DNA from: Wolbachia endosymbiont of Cimex lectularius
GTDB lineage: Bacteria > Pseudomonadota > Alphaproteobacteria > Rickettsiales > Anaplasmataceae
Length of the DNA stretch: 32,000 bases
Direction: 5' to 3'
Assembly: GCF_000829315.1 (NCBI RefSeq)
Contig: NZ_AP013028.1
Location: 510,001-542,000, forward strand
Numbering within the stretch: position 1 is the first letter of the stretch; every line of letters begins with the position of its first letter. This document shows positions 1-9,470 of the stretch, one piece after another. Position numbers and translations under genes: made by a program. Under the pieces are notes generated by a model. The model saw nothing but the letters and a program-made list of their open reading frames with translations. It did not search any database and was not told where the DNA came from.

Positions 1-223
1 TTGCCAACCAGAAACTTTATAGTCTCTAGGTGATCATACATGGCAGCAAGATGTAGCAGTGTCCGACCACCATTATCGGCATCGTTAATGCTTATACCCT
101 CCTTATTAAGGAAAAACCCTACAATATTTTTATGTCCACCTACAGTAGCACTTTGTATAGGCTTGTCACCAGAAATAGCATTTCTAACATGCACGTTAGC
201 CCCTTTGCCAATCAGCGACCTTA
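1..223 (-). pseudogene. Ankyrin-repeat protein, downstream part, cut off from its 5' part by IS copy 1 and truncated by the window edge
   Basis: The reverse complement reads RSLIGKGANVHVRNAISGDKPIQSATVGGHKNIVGFFLNKEGISINDADNGGRTLLHLAAMYDHLETIKFLVG, which contains ankyrin motifs and is in frame with the 1084-1336 part once the IS and one TTA are removed. Confidence 0.85.
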
Positions 224-279
224 GAACCTGTTTAAAATCTTGGAAATGTGAGGTAAAGTAAGCATAGATTAATAATGAG

Positions 280-600
280 GTGTCTATGCAGAAAAGTTAT
301 CCAAGTAATATAAGTCAAGAGCAGTTTGAAAAAATCAGGCCAATTTTGGAGAGTAGCAAGCAGAAAACAAAACCAAGAAAACTTGATTTGTATGACGTAT
401 TTTGTGGGGTGTTGTACGTCTTAAAAAGTGGTTGTCAGTGGAGGATGTTACCAAAGGGTTTTCCAAGATGGGAAAGCGTATATTACTATTTTCGAGTGTG
501 GAGTAAAAAGAATGGAGAAGAGCCAAGCTTGTTGGAATTAGTCTTAAAAAAAATTAGTTGGAGAGGTCCGTATCAGCAATGGTCGGAAAGAGAAAACTAG
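280..600 (+). CDS. IS5-family transposase N-terminal ORF (orfA), copy 1
   Basis: ORF MSMQKSYPSNISQEQFEKIRPILESSKQKTKPRKLDLYDVFCGVLYVLKSGCQWRMLPKGFPRWESVYYYFRVW..., typical IS5-family N-terminal domain. Confidence 0.88.
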   Translation: MSMQKSYPSNISQEQFEKIRPILESSKQKTKPRKLDLYDVFCGVLYVLKSGCQWRMLPKGFPRWESVYYYFRVWSKKNGEEPSLLELVLKKISWRGPYQQWSEREN

Positions 601-1075
601 CTTTTGTATAATTGATTCTCAAAGCGTTAAAAACGCAGATACTGCTGAAAAAAAAGGCTATGATGCAGGTAAAAAGATTTCAGGGATAAAGCGCCATATT
701 GCAGTTGATACACAAGGTTTGCCACATGCAATTTATGTAACAACGGCAGAAGCAACTGACCGTAGCAGTGCTGTGAAAATGGTCGAAAATGCTAAAGCAA
801 ACCTCTCTGAAGTTAAAAACATACTGGTTGATGCTGGCTACACAGGAGAAAATTTTGCAACACAAATAAAAGCTATCATTGGTGCGACTGTTGAAGTAAT
901 AAAGCGAAGTGAGTTACACACTTTCGTCGTATTGCCAAAAAGATGGGTTGTTGAACGCTCTTTTGCCTGGTTAGAAAAGTGCAGGCGATTGTGGAAAAAT
1001 TGCGAGCGGAAGCTCAACACTAGCTTACAGATGATAGTCCTCTCCTTCATTTCTCTCCTGTTACGAAGATTTTAA
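551..1075 (+). CDS. IS5-family transposase catalytic ORF (orfB), copy 1, probably expressed by frameshift or slippage from orfA
   Basis: Reading frame KLVGEVRISNGRKEKTSFCIIDSQSVKNADTAEKKGYDAGKK...VDAGYTGE...ERSFAWLEKCRRLWKNCERK has DDE-type motifs; it opens directly after a TAA at 545-547 and overlaps the A8 run at 546-553; the track's 719 start is internal. Confidence 0.8.
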   Translation, partial: KLVGEVRISNGRKEKTSFCIIDSQSVKNADTAEKKGYDAGKKISGIKRHIAVDTQGLPHAIYVTTAEATDRSSAVKMVENAKANLSEVKNILVDAGYTGENFATQIKAIIGATVEVIKRSELHTFVVLPKRWVVERSFAWLEKCRRLWKNCERKLNTSLQMIVLSFISLLLRRF

Positions 1076-1083
1076 ACAGGTTC

Positions 1084-1336
1084 TTACAGCCTCTAAGTGA
1101 CCATACATAGCAGCAACGTGTAAAGGTGTATAACCACAGCTATAACCGTTAATGTCATCGCCTTTATTTACAGAATATTTTATTGCTTCTAAATCGCCAT
1201 CTCTAGCAGCATTATGCAAAGGAGTATAAAACTCCTTATTATCCTTGGCATTGATGTTATCTTCATGAGACTTACGAACCCCACGAAACTTGTCCTGCTC
1301 TACAGTATTAGATAACTTACGATCAATTTTTCTCAT
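1084..1336 (-). pseudogene. Ankyrin-repeat protein, 5' part, interrupted by IS copy 1
   Basis: ORF MRKIDRKLSNTVEQ...YTPLHNAARDGDLEAIKYSVNKGDDINGYSCGYTPLHVAAMYGHLEAV; ankyrin consensus TPLHxAAxxGHxEAV; last residues run into the IS end. Confidence 0.85.
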
Positions 1337-1493
1337 AAACTCTTTAATGATATTAATCTTTCTTCAAACTATACGTTGTTACTGAATTATGCAAATTCTA
1401 GTGCCTACAATATAGATATTTCCTGTATACAACAACTTTTTTTGAAATTGTGAGTTTGAATTGATGGTAATTTTTATGCCGTCACACTCTGAG

Positions 1494-2507
1494 TTAGCCA
1501 GTGACTACTCTATTTCTGCCACTGTTTTTTGCTTTATATAGGTATCTGTCAGCGCGTACTATAAATTTTTTAATGTTATCAAGATCAGATTTTTGCATTT
1601 CTGCAATTCCAATGCTCACAGTCACACTATGAGTTGTGTTCTCGCCTGAGAGCACAAAAGGTTCTGTGGCAATAATTTCACGTATTCTCTCTGCAACAGT
1701 GTATGCATCTGATATATTGGTATCTGGCATTACTATAACAAATTCCTCACCACCAAACCTAGCTAGCAAATCCGTCACTCTGATATTCTCAGAAATTCTC
1801 TTCTGCATTTGCTTTAAAAACTCATCCCCAGCACTATGCCCAAAATCGTCATTTACTACCTTAAAATAGTCTATATCAAGTATCATAAGAGATAATCTTC
1901 TGTCCTTCTCTACAGAATCCTTAACAATGTTTTTCAAGTGCGCATCAAAATATCTTCTGTTATAACAGTTAGTTAGCGAATCCTTTATAGACATTTCTGC
2001 ATTATTGAACAAGTTCATTCTCAAGGCGTCTTGATACCTCTTACGTTTCACTTGTAAATTAACTCTTGCCATTAACTCACTCTCGTCCAATGGTACTGTT
2101 AAGTAATCGTTAGCACCCACGTTAAGCGCTTTTACTAAATTGTTTTTATCATAATCTTTAGAGAGAATCAGAATTGGCGTGTAACGTGTTTCCACTTTAC
2201 TGCGAAACTCAGAACACAAACGTAGGCCATCAGTTTGCGAAAATTGCATATCGGAAATAATCAGGTCGTAGTTATCGTCAATACCAATCTTCAATGCCTC
2301 AGTTGGATCATTCAGCACTTTAATTGAACCAAAACGCTGACTCAGTACATTATATATCTGCTCCGCTTGAAAGACATCCTCATCTACAACAAGTATGTTA
2401 GCATCAAAAATCTGGTTGGAATAATCCATAATACTGCTTCCTGCTACCCCACCAATCTCAGCGTTAGTTTCTCCTCTCAAACGCAACTCATCTATTACCA
2501 TCTTCAA
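1494..2507 (-). pseudogene. pleD: PleD C-terminal part (second receiver domain plus GGDEF diguanylate cyclase), split from the first receiver domain by a frameshift
   Basis: ILVVDEDVFQAEQIY... receiver-like domain then DSLTNCYNRRYF...LMILDIDYFKVVNDDFGHSAGDEFL...LLARFGGEEFVIVMPD, with intact GGEEF signature; apparent start is a TTG overlapping the upstream TGA. Confidence 0.82.
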
Positions 2508-2872
2508 GCGCGTGAGGGACTTTTGATTCTCGCAGAAAGAGCAGTTTCATCTATTGGTTTAGTTAGAAAGTCATCTGCACCGGCATTAATGCCCTGCACT
2601 CTATCGTGAGTGTCATGCAGCGCAGTCACCATAATTATTGGAATATGGGTTGTTAAGGGATCACTCTTTAGGCTCTTACAAACTTCAAAGCCATTTATTT
2701 TCGGCATCATGATATCGAGTAATATAATATCTGGCTGCTGCTTTGCTACCAAATCTATAGCTTCTTTACCATCGTGAGCTACGATAACTGTATAGTACTC
2801 TGCTTTTAGTCGAGCTTCTAAAAGCTTAACATTAGATAGTACATCATCTACTACCAGAATCTTCGCTGTCAT
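2504..2872 (-). pseudogene. pleD: PleD N-terminal receiver domain, ending early by frameshift
   Basis: MTAKILVVDDVLSNVKLLEARLKAEYYTVIVAHDGKEAIDL...PDIILLDIMMPKINGFEVCKSL...INAGADDFLTKPIDETALSARIKSPSRA*; the neighbouring frame continues as SLTRLKMVIDELRLRGE. Confidence 0.82.
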
Positions 2873-3140
2873 TGCCTTTAGACGTATTATCTATATTGTA
2901 ACTAGGATAAAACTTACCATCTTTACCAACTATATAATTTACCTTCTCGACACTATACTCTTTATACAAATCTTCAATTCCGGCATCTTTTAACAAATTC
3001 CTAATTCTCGACTTTGCAATCATAAAATACCTATATATATTCCTAATAAGGTCAATAAACGCAGGTATCTTATTCTTATCAAGAACAACTATACTCACTA
3101 GTGCTACGACTAAAATTTCTGAAAGACCTATGTTGAACAT
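2844..3140 (-). CDS. tatB: Sec-independent translocase component TatB-like protein
   Basis: 98 aa; MFNIGLSEILVVALVSIVVLDKNKIPAFIDLIRNIYRYF matches the TatA/B N-terminal helix pattern. Confidence 0.75.
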   Translation of the reverse strand: MFNIGLSEILVVALVSIVVLDKNKIPAFIDLIRNIYRYFMIAKSRIRNLLKDAGIEDLYKEYSVEKVNYIVGKDGKFYPSYNIDNTSKGNDSEDSGSR

Positions 3141-3145
3141 TTTTC

Positions 3146-6100
3146 TTACGAGGCAAGTACTTTAATTCTTCTTATTATAAATATTAATTTACTTAAATCA
3201 AGCTTAGAAGCAACCATCTCATCTAAGAAACTATTATAACGTTCTATGCAATCTCTATCATTACAAGCCCAGGTTTGAACTTTATCTTCACGGTTACCGG
3301 TGGACTTTATAACTTTGACAGCTAGCTTATAATGATAATTGCTTAAATCATCCAATAAATCATTAATTAAGCTGCGGTCCCAATAAGAAGAATGACTTTT
3401 CATCTTGATAGCAATTGTTCTAATTAGATCGAATCTTAGTAGCGACTTTAACTCAAAGTATATTTTACCAGTGTCAAGAATAGGTAAGGATGTCTGCTCA
3501 GCAATGGATATAACGTCCAATGCATAGGCCAAAATACACAGGTCAGCAACCTTTTTTACTAGATCTTTATTTATATTAAGCTCCACTAAAGAAGCAGACC
3601 CATGGTGATAGACCTTCAATAGATGCTCATCTAAAACATCAGTTAAGTTCTGGCCTAAAGTCTCAATTGCATCCTTAAATTTTGTGACATCATCCAGCTC
3701 TATAGAGCCGAGTTTGCTGAGATTTTTTACTAACCAAAATGATACTCTGCCAATAAATTTCTGCACATTTCTCACTATTTGCAAGTATGAGTTAACATCA
3801 ATCTTTCCATCCAATTCATCAATTTTCTGCCACAGGTTATTTAAACTATATAGACGATTAACAACAATATACACATTAACTGCTTCATGCACTTTGATTC
3901 CAGTATTTTCAACTAGATTATTAATAAATATACATCCCATCCTATTCACTATATCGTTTGCAATGCAAGTGGAGATAATCTCTCTGCGAAGTTGGTGTTT
4001 TAATATGTAATCCTTGAACTCTGTTACCATTTTTTGTGGAAAGTAGTTTAGCAAGTAATCACGACACAAGGAATCTTTTTCAGGCAAGCTGGAAAGTATA
4101 ATTTCATTTTCTATTGCTGTTCTAGCGTAAGACATCAGGACAGAAAGCTGAGGAGAACTAAAGCCCTCCGCTCCAGTCAACATTCTCGCTATTTCCTCAT
4201 CAGCTGGAAGAAATTCCACACTTCGGTTTAGCAACCCAGATCTCTCCAAGCTGAGTAATAATCTGTGATGCTGCTCTAACCTTTCCTTAGCTTGCAAGCA
4301 CTCAAGGAGTAATGCTTTTGTTTCAATTCTGTTATGATCTTCAAGTACCTTAGATGCAACTTCGTCTACCATACTGGCCAGTATTTCGTTCCTTTTTTCT
4401 AAGGAAATGCCCCCTCCTTTCATAATCAAAACAAATGCAATTTTGATGTTAACTTCCAAATCAGAACATATTACTCCTGCCGAATTATCAACAAAATCTG
4501 CATTGATATATCCACCCTTCTCTGCATACTCTATTCTTCCAAGCTGCGTGCAACCGAGATTACCACCCTCTATGAACATAGAAGCTCTAATATCCTCACC
4601 ATTCACTCTTAACTCATCATTTGCCTTGTCACTGACCATATCATGGCTTTCACTTCTCGCTTTAACAAACGTGCCAATTCCTCCATTCCATATAAAATCC
4701 ACTCTTGCTTTTAACAGATATCGGATCAAGTCATTTGGAGATAATATATCCTCTGTTATGTCAAAGCATTTTTTTATTTCTTGAGAAATGTTTACTTGCT
4801 TGCTGCTGCGCTCAAATACCCCACCACCCTCAGAAATCAAATCTTTGCTATAATCCATCCAAGTTGAAAATGGCAACTCAAAGAGACGTTTACGCTCTGC
4901 AAAACTCTTTTCTGCATCAGGACTCGGGTCAACAAAAATATGCATATGGTTAAATGCGCCGATTAAACGCATATTTTTTGAAAGCAGCATGCCATTCCCA
5001 AACAGATCGCCAGCCATATCTCCAATTCCAATAACAGTTACATCTTGATAAATATCCCTATTCATTCTCCAAAAATGCCTTTGTGCTGCAATCCACGCGC
5101 CTCTTGCTGTAATACCCATCTTTTTGTGGTCGTAACCTGCCGATCCACCAGATGCAAATGCATCGCCAAGCCAAAAATTATACTCAGAGGCTATTTGGTT
5201 GGCATAATCAGAAAATGAAGCAGTGCCTTTATCTGCCGCAACTACTAAGTATGGATCATCTTCATCATACCTAATTACATTTTCTGGTGGAATTATTTTA
5301 CCATCAACTACATTATCAGTAATATCAAGCATTCCTCTGATAAAATTCTTATAGCACTCAACACCTTTCTCTCTTAAGATATTTTTATCTCTATAAACTT
5401 TCTTTATTATAAACCCACCCTTTGCACCAACAGGGACTATAACCGCGTTTTTCGTCATCTGAGCTTTCATGAGTCCCAAAACTTCAGTGCGAAAATCTTC
5501 CGTCCTATCTGACCACCTTAAACCACCACGCGCTAGCTTTCCTCCTCTTAGGTGTATTCCCTCAAAAAGGTTCGAATACACATACAACTCACGATATGGA
5601 CGCGGGTCAGGCAAGCCATTTATTTTACTTGAATCAAATTTTGTAGATAAATATGGTTTATCCTCTTGATAATAACTGGTCCTTAAAACGGCCATTATCA
5701 AGTTAAATATCGAACGTATAACGTAATCATGTGAAACATTGCTGATCTCTTTTAGAAGCTCCTCAATTTTCTCTCTGAAGATGTCTGTAGTTTCTGCTCT
5801 ATCAATATCTATACTAGGATCAAATCTTGCATGAAATAATTGTATCAGATACTTCACTATCTTTGGATACTCTGAAACTACTTTTTGAACGTATTCTGGG
5901 TTGTATTTAAATGACGTTTGCTTCAGGTAAGCACTTAGCGTCCTAATCAGAAGCACCTCTTTCCACTCCAGCCCAGCAATAATGATCAAACTGTTGAAAT
6001 AGTCATTTTTAATTTCTCCTCTAAACACTTTTGCAAGCGTTATCTCAAACTGCTCTTTCAGAGTAATGTTGTCTATTAATTCATCAACCCTCGACAACAC

Positions 6101-7855
6101 AAAATGGTGTATCCATATTCCACCGTTGATTTCTATGTAATAACCATTATGAGATAGGATCTTCGCCCCCAAATTCTTAGTAATTCTCAATATCTTTGAT
6201 AATTCAAGGCCGCCATTGCTTAGAGTATAAACCTTTAATTGATAATTGAGATTGTCACGAGTAAGTCTTAAATCGACCTCACTTACTTTCTTTTTCCTTA
6301 CTATCTCCAATTTCTTCATATCGTAATATACGTCGTTGGGTTCGAAACTCTCTTGATAGCTTATCGGGAATGCCTTGCAATAACGGATGAATACATCCTC
6401 AACAGTACCGAAGGTATTATATAGGTTATCTATAAAACGATCTTCCCACTTTTCTGTAATGTTTCTCAATTTGTTTTCAATACACAGAACTTCATCATCA
6501 AGAACACTAGCACCTTCAGCCTTTAGCACCACATGCAATTTCATCAAGTCATATTCGTTTATAATGTGATGGTTATAAATATCTGCACCTTTTGCATTTA
6601 TCTCATCCTTCAATATGTCACGTACCTTGAACATTAACCTGGCACTAGCATAACGCATCGGTATCAACACTATGCAACTAATAAAGTCCCCCACCTTTCT
6701 TAAAAACAATTTGACTCTTGGCCTAATTGCAAGAGACATGATCGAAGTACAAATTTTAAACAACTCATCTTCATTGGACTGGAATAATTCATCACAAGAG
6801 AATGCTTGCAAGATAGAAACTAAAGCCTTATTGTTGTGGCCACCCGGTATGAACCCTGCCCTTTTCTCTATTATTTCAATTTTATTCTTTATTACCGGGA
6901 TAGTTCGAATATCTTGAACTTCAGCTATAGAAGTAAACAATCCAAAAAAACGCCGTTCCTTTATCACGTTACCCTGATCATTAAATTCTCTCACTCCTAT
7001 ATAATTCATGTACGTACGCCGATGAACTATTGAAATCAGATCTGACCTCAATATGTATAAACAATCAGTGTCCACACAAGGAACCAATACATTTTGATAC
7101 TCTTCACTTGCTCTCATTAAACCAAGATTTTCCTTACCACTTGGAACGAACTTCCCATCTTCATCAGGAATGCATTCTTGATAACCTAAAAATACAAAGT
7201 TGTTATTCTTCAACCAAGCTAGAAAATCTTTTTCCTGGATCCCAGTATCAAGTACTGGGATGACAGAAAGATTTGCCTCATCAAGCTTCTGCAGCATCAG
7301 GCGCCAATCTTTCACAACGCAATTAACTGCTTTCAGTGTTCTGTGTAGAGACTCTTTTAGTGTATCAACAAAACTGTCACTTATGCATTTAATAACCACA
7401 TATATCACCGACTCCTTGATACCATTATCATCTTCTAAATTGCAAATCTCATTAATAAGGCCACTTTTTCTTTGGATGTTAATTATGCTGTTGCTGTAAT
7501 AGCATATAGTTAAATTATGCGACTTAATGGTGGCAATAATAGAGTCAACCAGAAAAGGTATGTCGTCATTTGCTACTTTAATTATAGTAAAATTGCCTTC
7601 TATCCCTGGTACATCATTTACATTACTTACCATTAACTTACTTTCTTCTTTCTCTTTTTTAAGGATGAAGTTGTATGCGTCTTCTGCAATGTACAGAAGG
7701 AATTTATCATTAATCTTTAGGTCGCTATTGTAGACAAAATTATAAAAGTACTTAATAAACTCTTTAATTTTCTCCTTTTCTTTTTGATTTTCTTGATTAA
7801 TCAACTTAAATAAAGACTCAGTGTCAACATTATGCTCTACACACATTTTTTGCAA
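3146..7855 (-). CDS. NAD-specific glutamate dehydrogenase, large type (1569 aa)
   Basis: Long ORF with LHLRGGKLARGGLRWSDRTEDFRTEVLGLMKAQMTKNAVIVPVGAKGGF, GIGDMAGDLFGNGMLLS and FNHMHIFVDPSPD motifs typical of large bacterial NAD-GDH. Confidence 0.95.
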   Translation of the reverse strand: MQKMCVEHNVDTESLFKLINQENQKEKEKIKEFIKYFYNFVYNSDLKINDKFLLYIAEDAYNFILKKEKEESKLMVSNVNDVPGIEGNFTIIKVANDDIPFLVDSIIATIKSHNLTICYYSNSIINIQRKSGLINEICNLEDDNGIKESVIYVVIKCISDSFVDTLKESLHRTLKAVNCVVKDWRLMLQKLDEANLSVIPVLDTGIQEKDFLAWLKNNNFVFLGYQECIPDEDGKFVPSGKENLGLMRASEEYQNVLVPCVDTDCLYILRSDLISIVHRRTYMNYIGVREFNDQGNVIKERRFFGLFTSIAEVQDIRTIPVIKNKIEIIEKRAGFIPGGHNNKALVSILQAFSCDELFQSNEDELFKICTSIMSLAIRPRVKLFLRKVGDFISCIVLIPMRYASARLMFKVRDILKDEINAKGADIYNHHIINEYDLMKLHVVLKAEGASVLDDEVLCIENKLRNITEKWEDRFIDNLYNTFGTVEDVFIRYCKAFPISYQESFEPNDVYYDMKKLEIVRKKKVSEVDLRLTRDNLNYQLKVYTLSNGGLELSKILRITKNLGAKILSHNGYYIEINGGIWIHHFVLSRVDELIDNITLKEQFEITLAKVFRGEIKNDYFNSLIIIAGLEWKEVLLIRTLSAYLKQTSFKYNPEYVQKVVSEYPKIVKYLIQLFHARFDPSIDIDRAETTDIFREKIEELLKEISNVSHDYVIRSIFNLIMAVLRTSYYQEDKPYLSTKFDSSKINGLPDPRPYRELYVYSNLFEGIHLRGGKLARGGLRWSDRTEDFRTEVLGLMKAQMTKNAVIVPVGAKGGFIIKKVYRDKNILREKGVECYKNFIRGMLDITDNVVDGKIIPPENVIRYDEDDPYLVVAADKGTASFSDYANQIASEYNFWLGDAFASGGSAGYDHKKMGITARGAWIAAQRHFWRMNRDIYQDVTVIGIGDMAGDLFGNGMLLSKNMRLIGAFNHMHIFVDPSPDAEKSFAERKRLFELPFSTWMDYSKDLISEGGGVFERSSKQVNISQEIKKCFDITEDILSPNDLIRYLLKARVDFIWNGGIGTFVKARSESHDMVSDKANDELRVNGEDIRASMFIEGGNLGCTQLGRIEYAEKGGYINADFVDNSAGVICSDLEVNIKIAFVLIMKGGGISLEKRNEILASMVDEVASKVLEDHNRIETKALLLECLQAKERLEQHHRLLLSLERSGLLNRSVEFLPADEEIARMLTGAEGFSSPQLSVLMSYARTAIENEIILSSLPEKDSLCRDYLLNYFPQKMVTEFKDYILKHQLRREIISTCIANDIVNRMGCIFINNLVENTGIKVHEAVNVYIVVNRLYSLNNLWQKIDELDGKIDVNSYLQIVRNVQKFIGRVSFWLVKNLSKLGSIELDDVTKFKDAIETLGQNLTDVLDEHLLKVYHHGSASLVELNINKDLVKKVADLCILAYALDVISIAEQTSLPILDTGKIYFELKSLLRFDLIRTIAIKMKSHSSYWDRSLINDLLDDLSNYHYKLAVKVIKSTGNREDKVQTWACNDRDCIERYNSFLDEMVASKLDLSKLIFIIRRIKVLAS

Positions 7856-8169
7856 CCAAAATACATAGTGAATTTAAACCCTTTATGACTAAGATTTCAT
7901 TACTAAAAGCACACATTATTAGCTCATCGCCTTTTTATTGCATTACTTACATACCACAAGCGCTCCTGAACGAGAGTGTGGAACTCCCCTACAATAGTAC
8001 TAAAGCGACACATAATACCCAGCTAAGGTCCTATAGACCCTATGGTTATCGCCACATATGATGCAAACTTTTTTTTGATCAGGCATGAACTTTCTCCTTC
8101 AAATTATTATAATTCTTTATTATTGAATAATTTCGCAACCAATGTCAATTATATAACAGAGGTTTCCGA

Positions 8170-8198
8170 TTGACTTTTAATGCACTTTAGTCTATATA
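8170..8198 (+). promoter_or_regulatory. Candidate sigma70 promoter upstream of nuoD
   Basis: TTGACT at 8170-8175, 17-nt spacer, TATATA at 8193-8198, about 25 nt before the nuoD start codon. Confidence 0.4.
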
Positions 8199-8223
8199 AT
8201 TTCAATATCTTAAGTTATCAGAT

Positions 8224-9396
8224 ATGCCAGATCTAAAAACAATGATGTTGAATTTTGGACCTCAGCACCCAGCGGCACATGGGGTGTTGCGTCTTGTATT
8301 GGAAATGGATGGTGAAGTGATCGAAAGAGCAGATCCCCATATTGGGCTTTTGCACCGTGGCACTGAAAAATTAATAGAGCACAAAACGTACCTCCAAGCT
8401 TTGCCGTATTTTGATCGTCTTGACTACGTATCACCAATGTCACAAGAGCACGCATATTCACTGTGTGTAGAGAAATTGTTGCAATGCGAAGTGCCGGTCA
8501 GAGCAAAATATTTGCGTGTTTTGTTTTGTGAGCTGACCAGAATACTAAATCACTTGCTCAATATCTCTTCTCAAGCACTGGATGTTGGAGCGATGACTCC
8601 TCTTCTATGGCTCTTTGAAGAAAGAGAAAAAATATTGGCATTCTACGAAAGAGCTTCGGGTGCAAGGTTTCATGCAGCTTATATTAGGCCAGGTGGAGTG
8701 GCAGCAGATATTCCAGAAGGTTTAATTGAGGATATCGCAAAGTTCATAGAGCAATTTCCGCAGTATATAGACGATGTCGACGAACTTTTGACGGAAAATA
8801 GGATATGGAAACAACGTACTGTAGGAATCAGTGAAATATCGATTAAACAGGCGCTTGACTGGGGTTTTAGCGGACCAATGCTGCGTGCTGCTGGGCTTGC
8901 TTGGGATTTGCGAAAAAGCCAGCCATATGAGATATACGACCAACTGGATTTTGATATACCAATCGGCCAAAATGGCGACTGTTATGACCGTTATTTAGTC
9001 AGGATGGCGGAGATTAGGCAATCTATTAGTTTGGTAAAGCAGTGCATAGAAAAAATGCCCGAAGGACCAGTAAAAACTGAAGATAGAAAGATTTCTCCAC
9101 CGCCAAGAGCAGAGATGAAAACGTCCATGGAGGCTCTTATTCACCATTTTAAGCTTTATTCGGAAGGGTATAGTGTGCCAGAAGGTGAGGCTTATGCGGC
9201 TGTTGAAGCACCAAAAGGTGAGTTTGGGGTATATATAGTTTCAGATGGCACTAATATGCCCTATAGGTGCAGAATAAGAGCACCCGGCTTTGCGCATTTG
9301 CAAGCCTTGGACTTCATGTCAAAAGGGCACATGCTTGCTGACATTGCAGCAATTATTGGTTCGCTCGATATAGTTTTTGGTGAGATCGATAGGTAA
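8224..9396 (+). CDS. nuoD: NADH-quinone oxidoreductase subunit D
   Basis: 390 aa; [65 protein letters not shown]. Confidence 0.97.
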   Translation: MPDLKTMMLNFGPQHPAAHGVLRLVLEMDGEVIERADPHIGLLHRGTEKLIEHKTYLQALPYFDRLDYVSPMSQEHAYSLCVEKLLQCEVPVRAKYLRVLFCELTRILNHLLNISSQALDVGAMTPLLWLFEEREKILAFYERASGARFHAAYIRPGGVAADIPEGLIEDIAKFIEQFPQYIDDVDELLTENRIWKQRTVGISEISIKQALDWGFSGPMLRAAGLAWDLRKSQPYEIYDQLDFDIPIGQNGDCYDRYLVRMAEIRQSISLVKQCIEKMPEGPVKTEDRKISPPPRAEMKTSMEALIHHFKLYSEGYSVPEGEAYAAVEAPKGEFGVYIVSDGTNMPYRCRIRAPGFAHLQALDFMSKGHMLADIAAIIGSLDIVFGEIDR

Positions 9397-9470
9397 GCTA
9401 TAGCTCGTTTGGTAGCAACCAGAAGTTAATAGATCTATTGCATAACAAATCGGCTTTTGGCATATGCGAA

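Larger units (their letters stand above)
224..1083 (+). mobile_element. IS5-family insertion sequence (IS1031/IS427-like two-ORF DDE transposase), copy 1, 860 bp
   Basis: 18-bp TIRs GAACCTGTTTAAAATCTT at 224-241 and inverted at 1066-1083; flanking TTA duplications at 221-223 and 1084-1086; second copy at 16736-17595. Confidence 0.93.

Noticed and set aside
40-261. 73-aa plus-strand ORF
   Set aside because: Antisense to a clear ankyrin coding frame and runs into the IS end; no recognisable protein content.
335-1050. Minus-strand ORFs inside IS copy 1 (335-526, 680-865, 838-1050) and their equivalents in copy 2
   Set aside because: Antisense shadows of the transposase frames, repeated only because the IS is repeated.
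1636-2609. Plus-strand ORFs 1636-1869 and 2367-2609
   Set aside because: Antisense to pleD, which has strong domain motifs.
3684-7733. Numerous plus-strand ORFs of 60-125 aa across the GDH gene
   Set aside because: All antisense to a 1569-aa ORF with clear GDH motifs; low-complexity Ser/Leu-rich translations typical of antisense frames.
7930-8100. 4.5S, 6S or tRNA-like structural RNA upstream of gdh
   Set aside because: I checked for SRP/tmRNA/tRNA signatures and found none; a small decayed ORF with an RBS fits better.
8210-8970. Minus-strand ORFs 8210-8461 and 8722-8970
   Set aside because: Antisense to nuoD.
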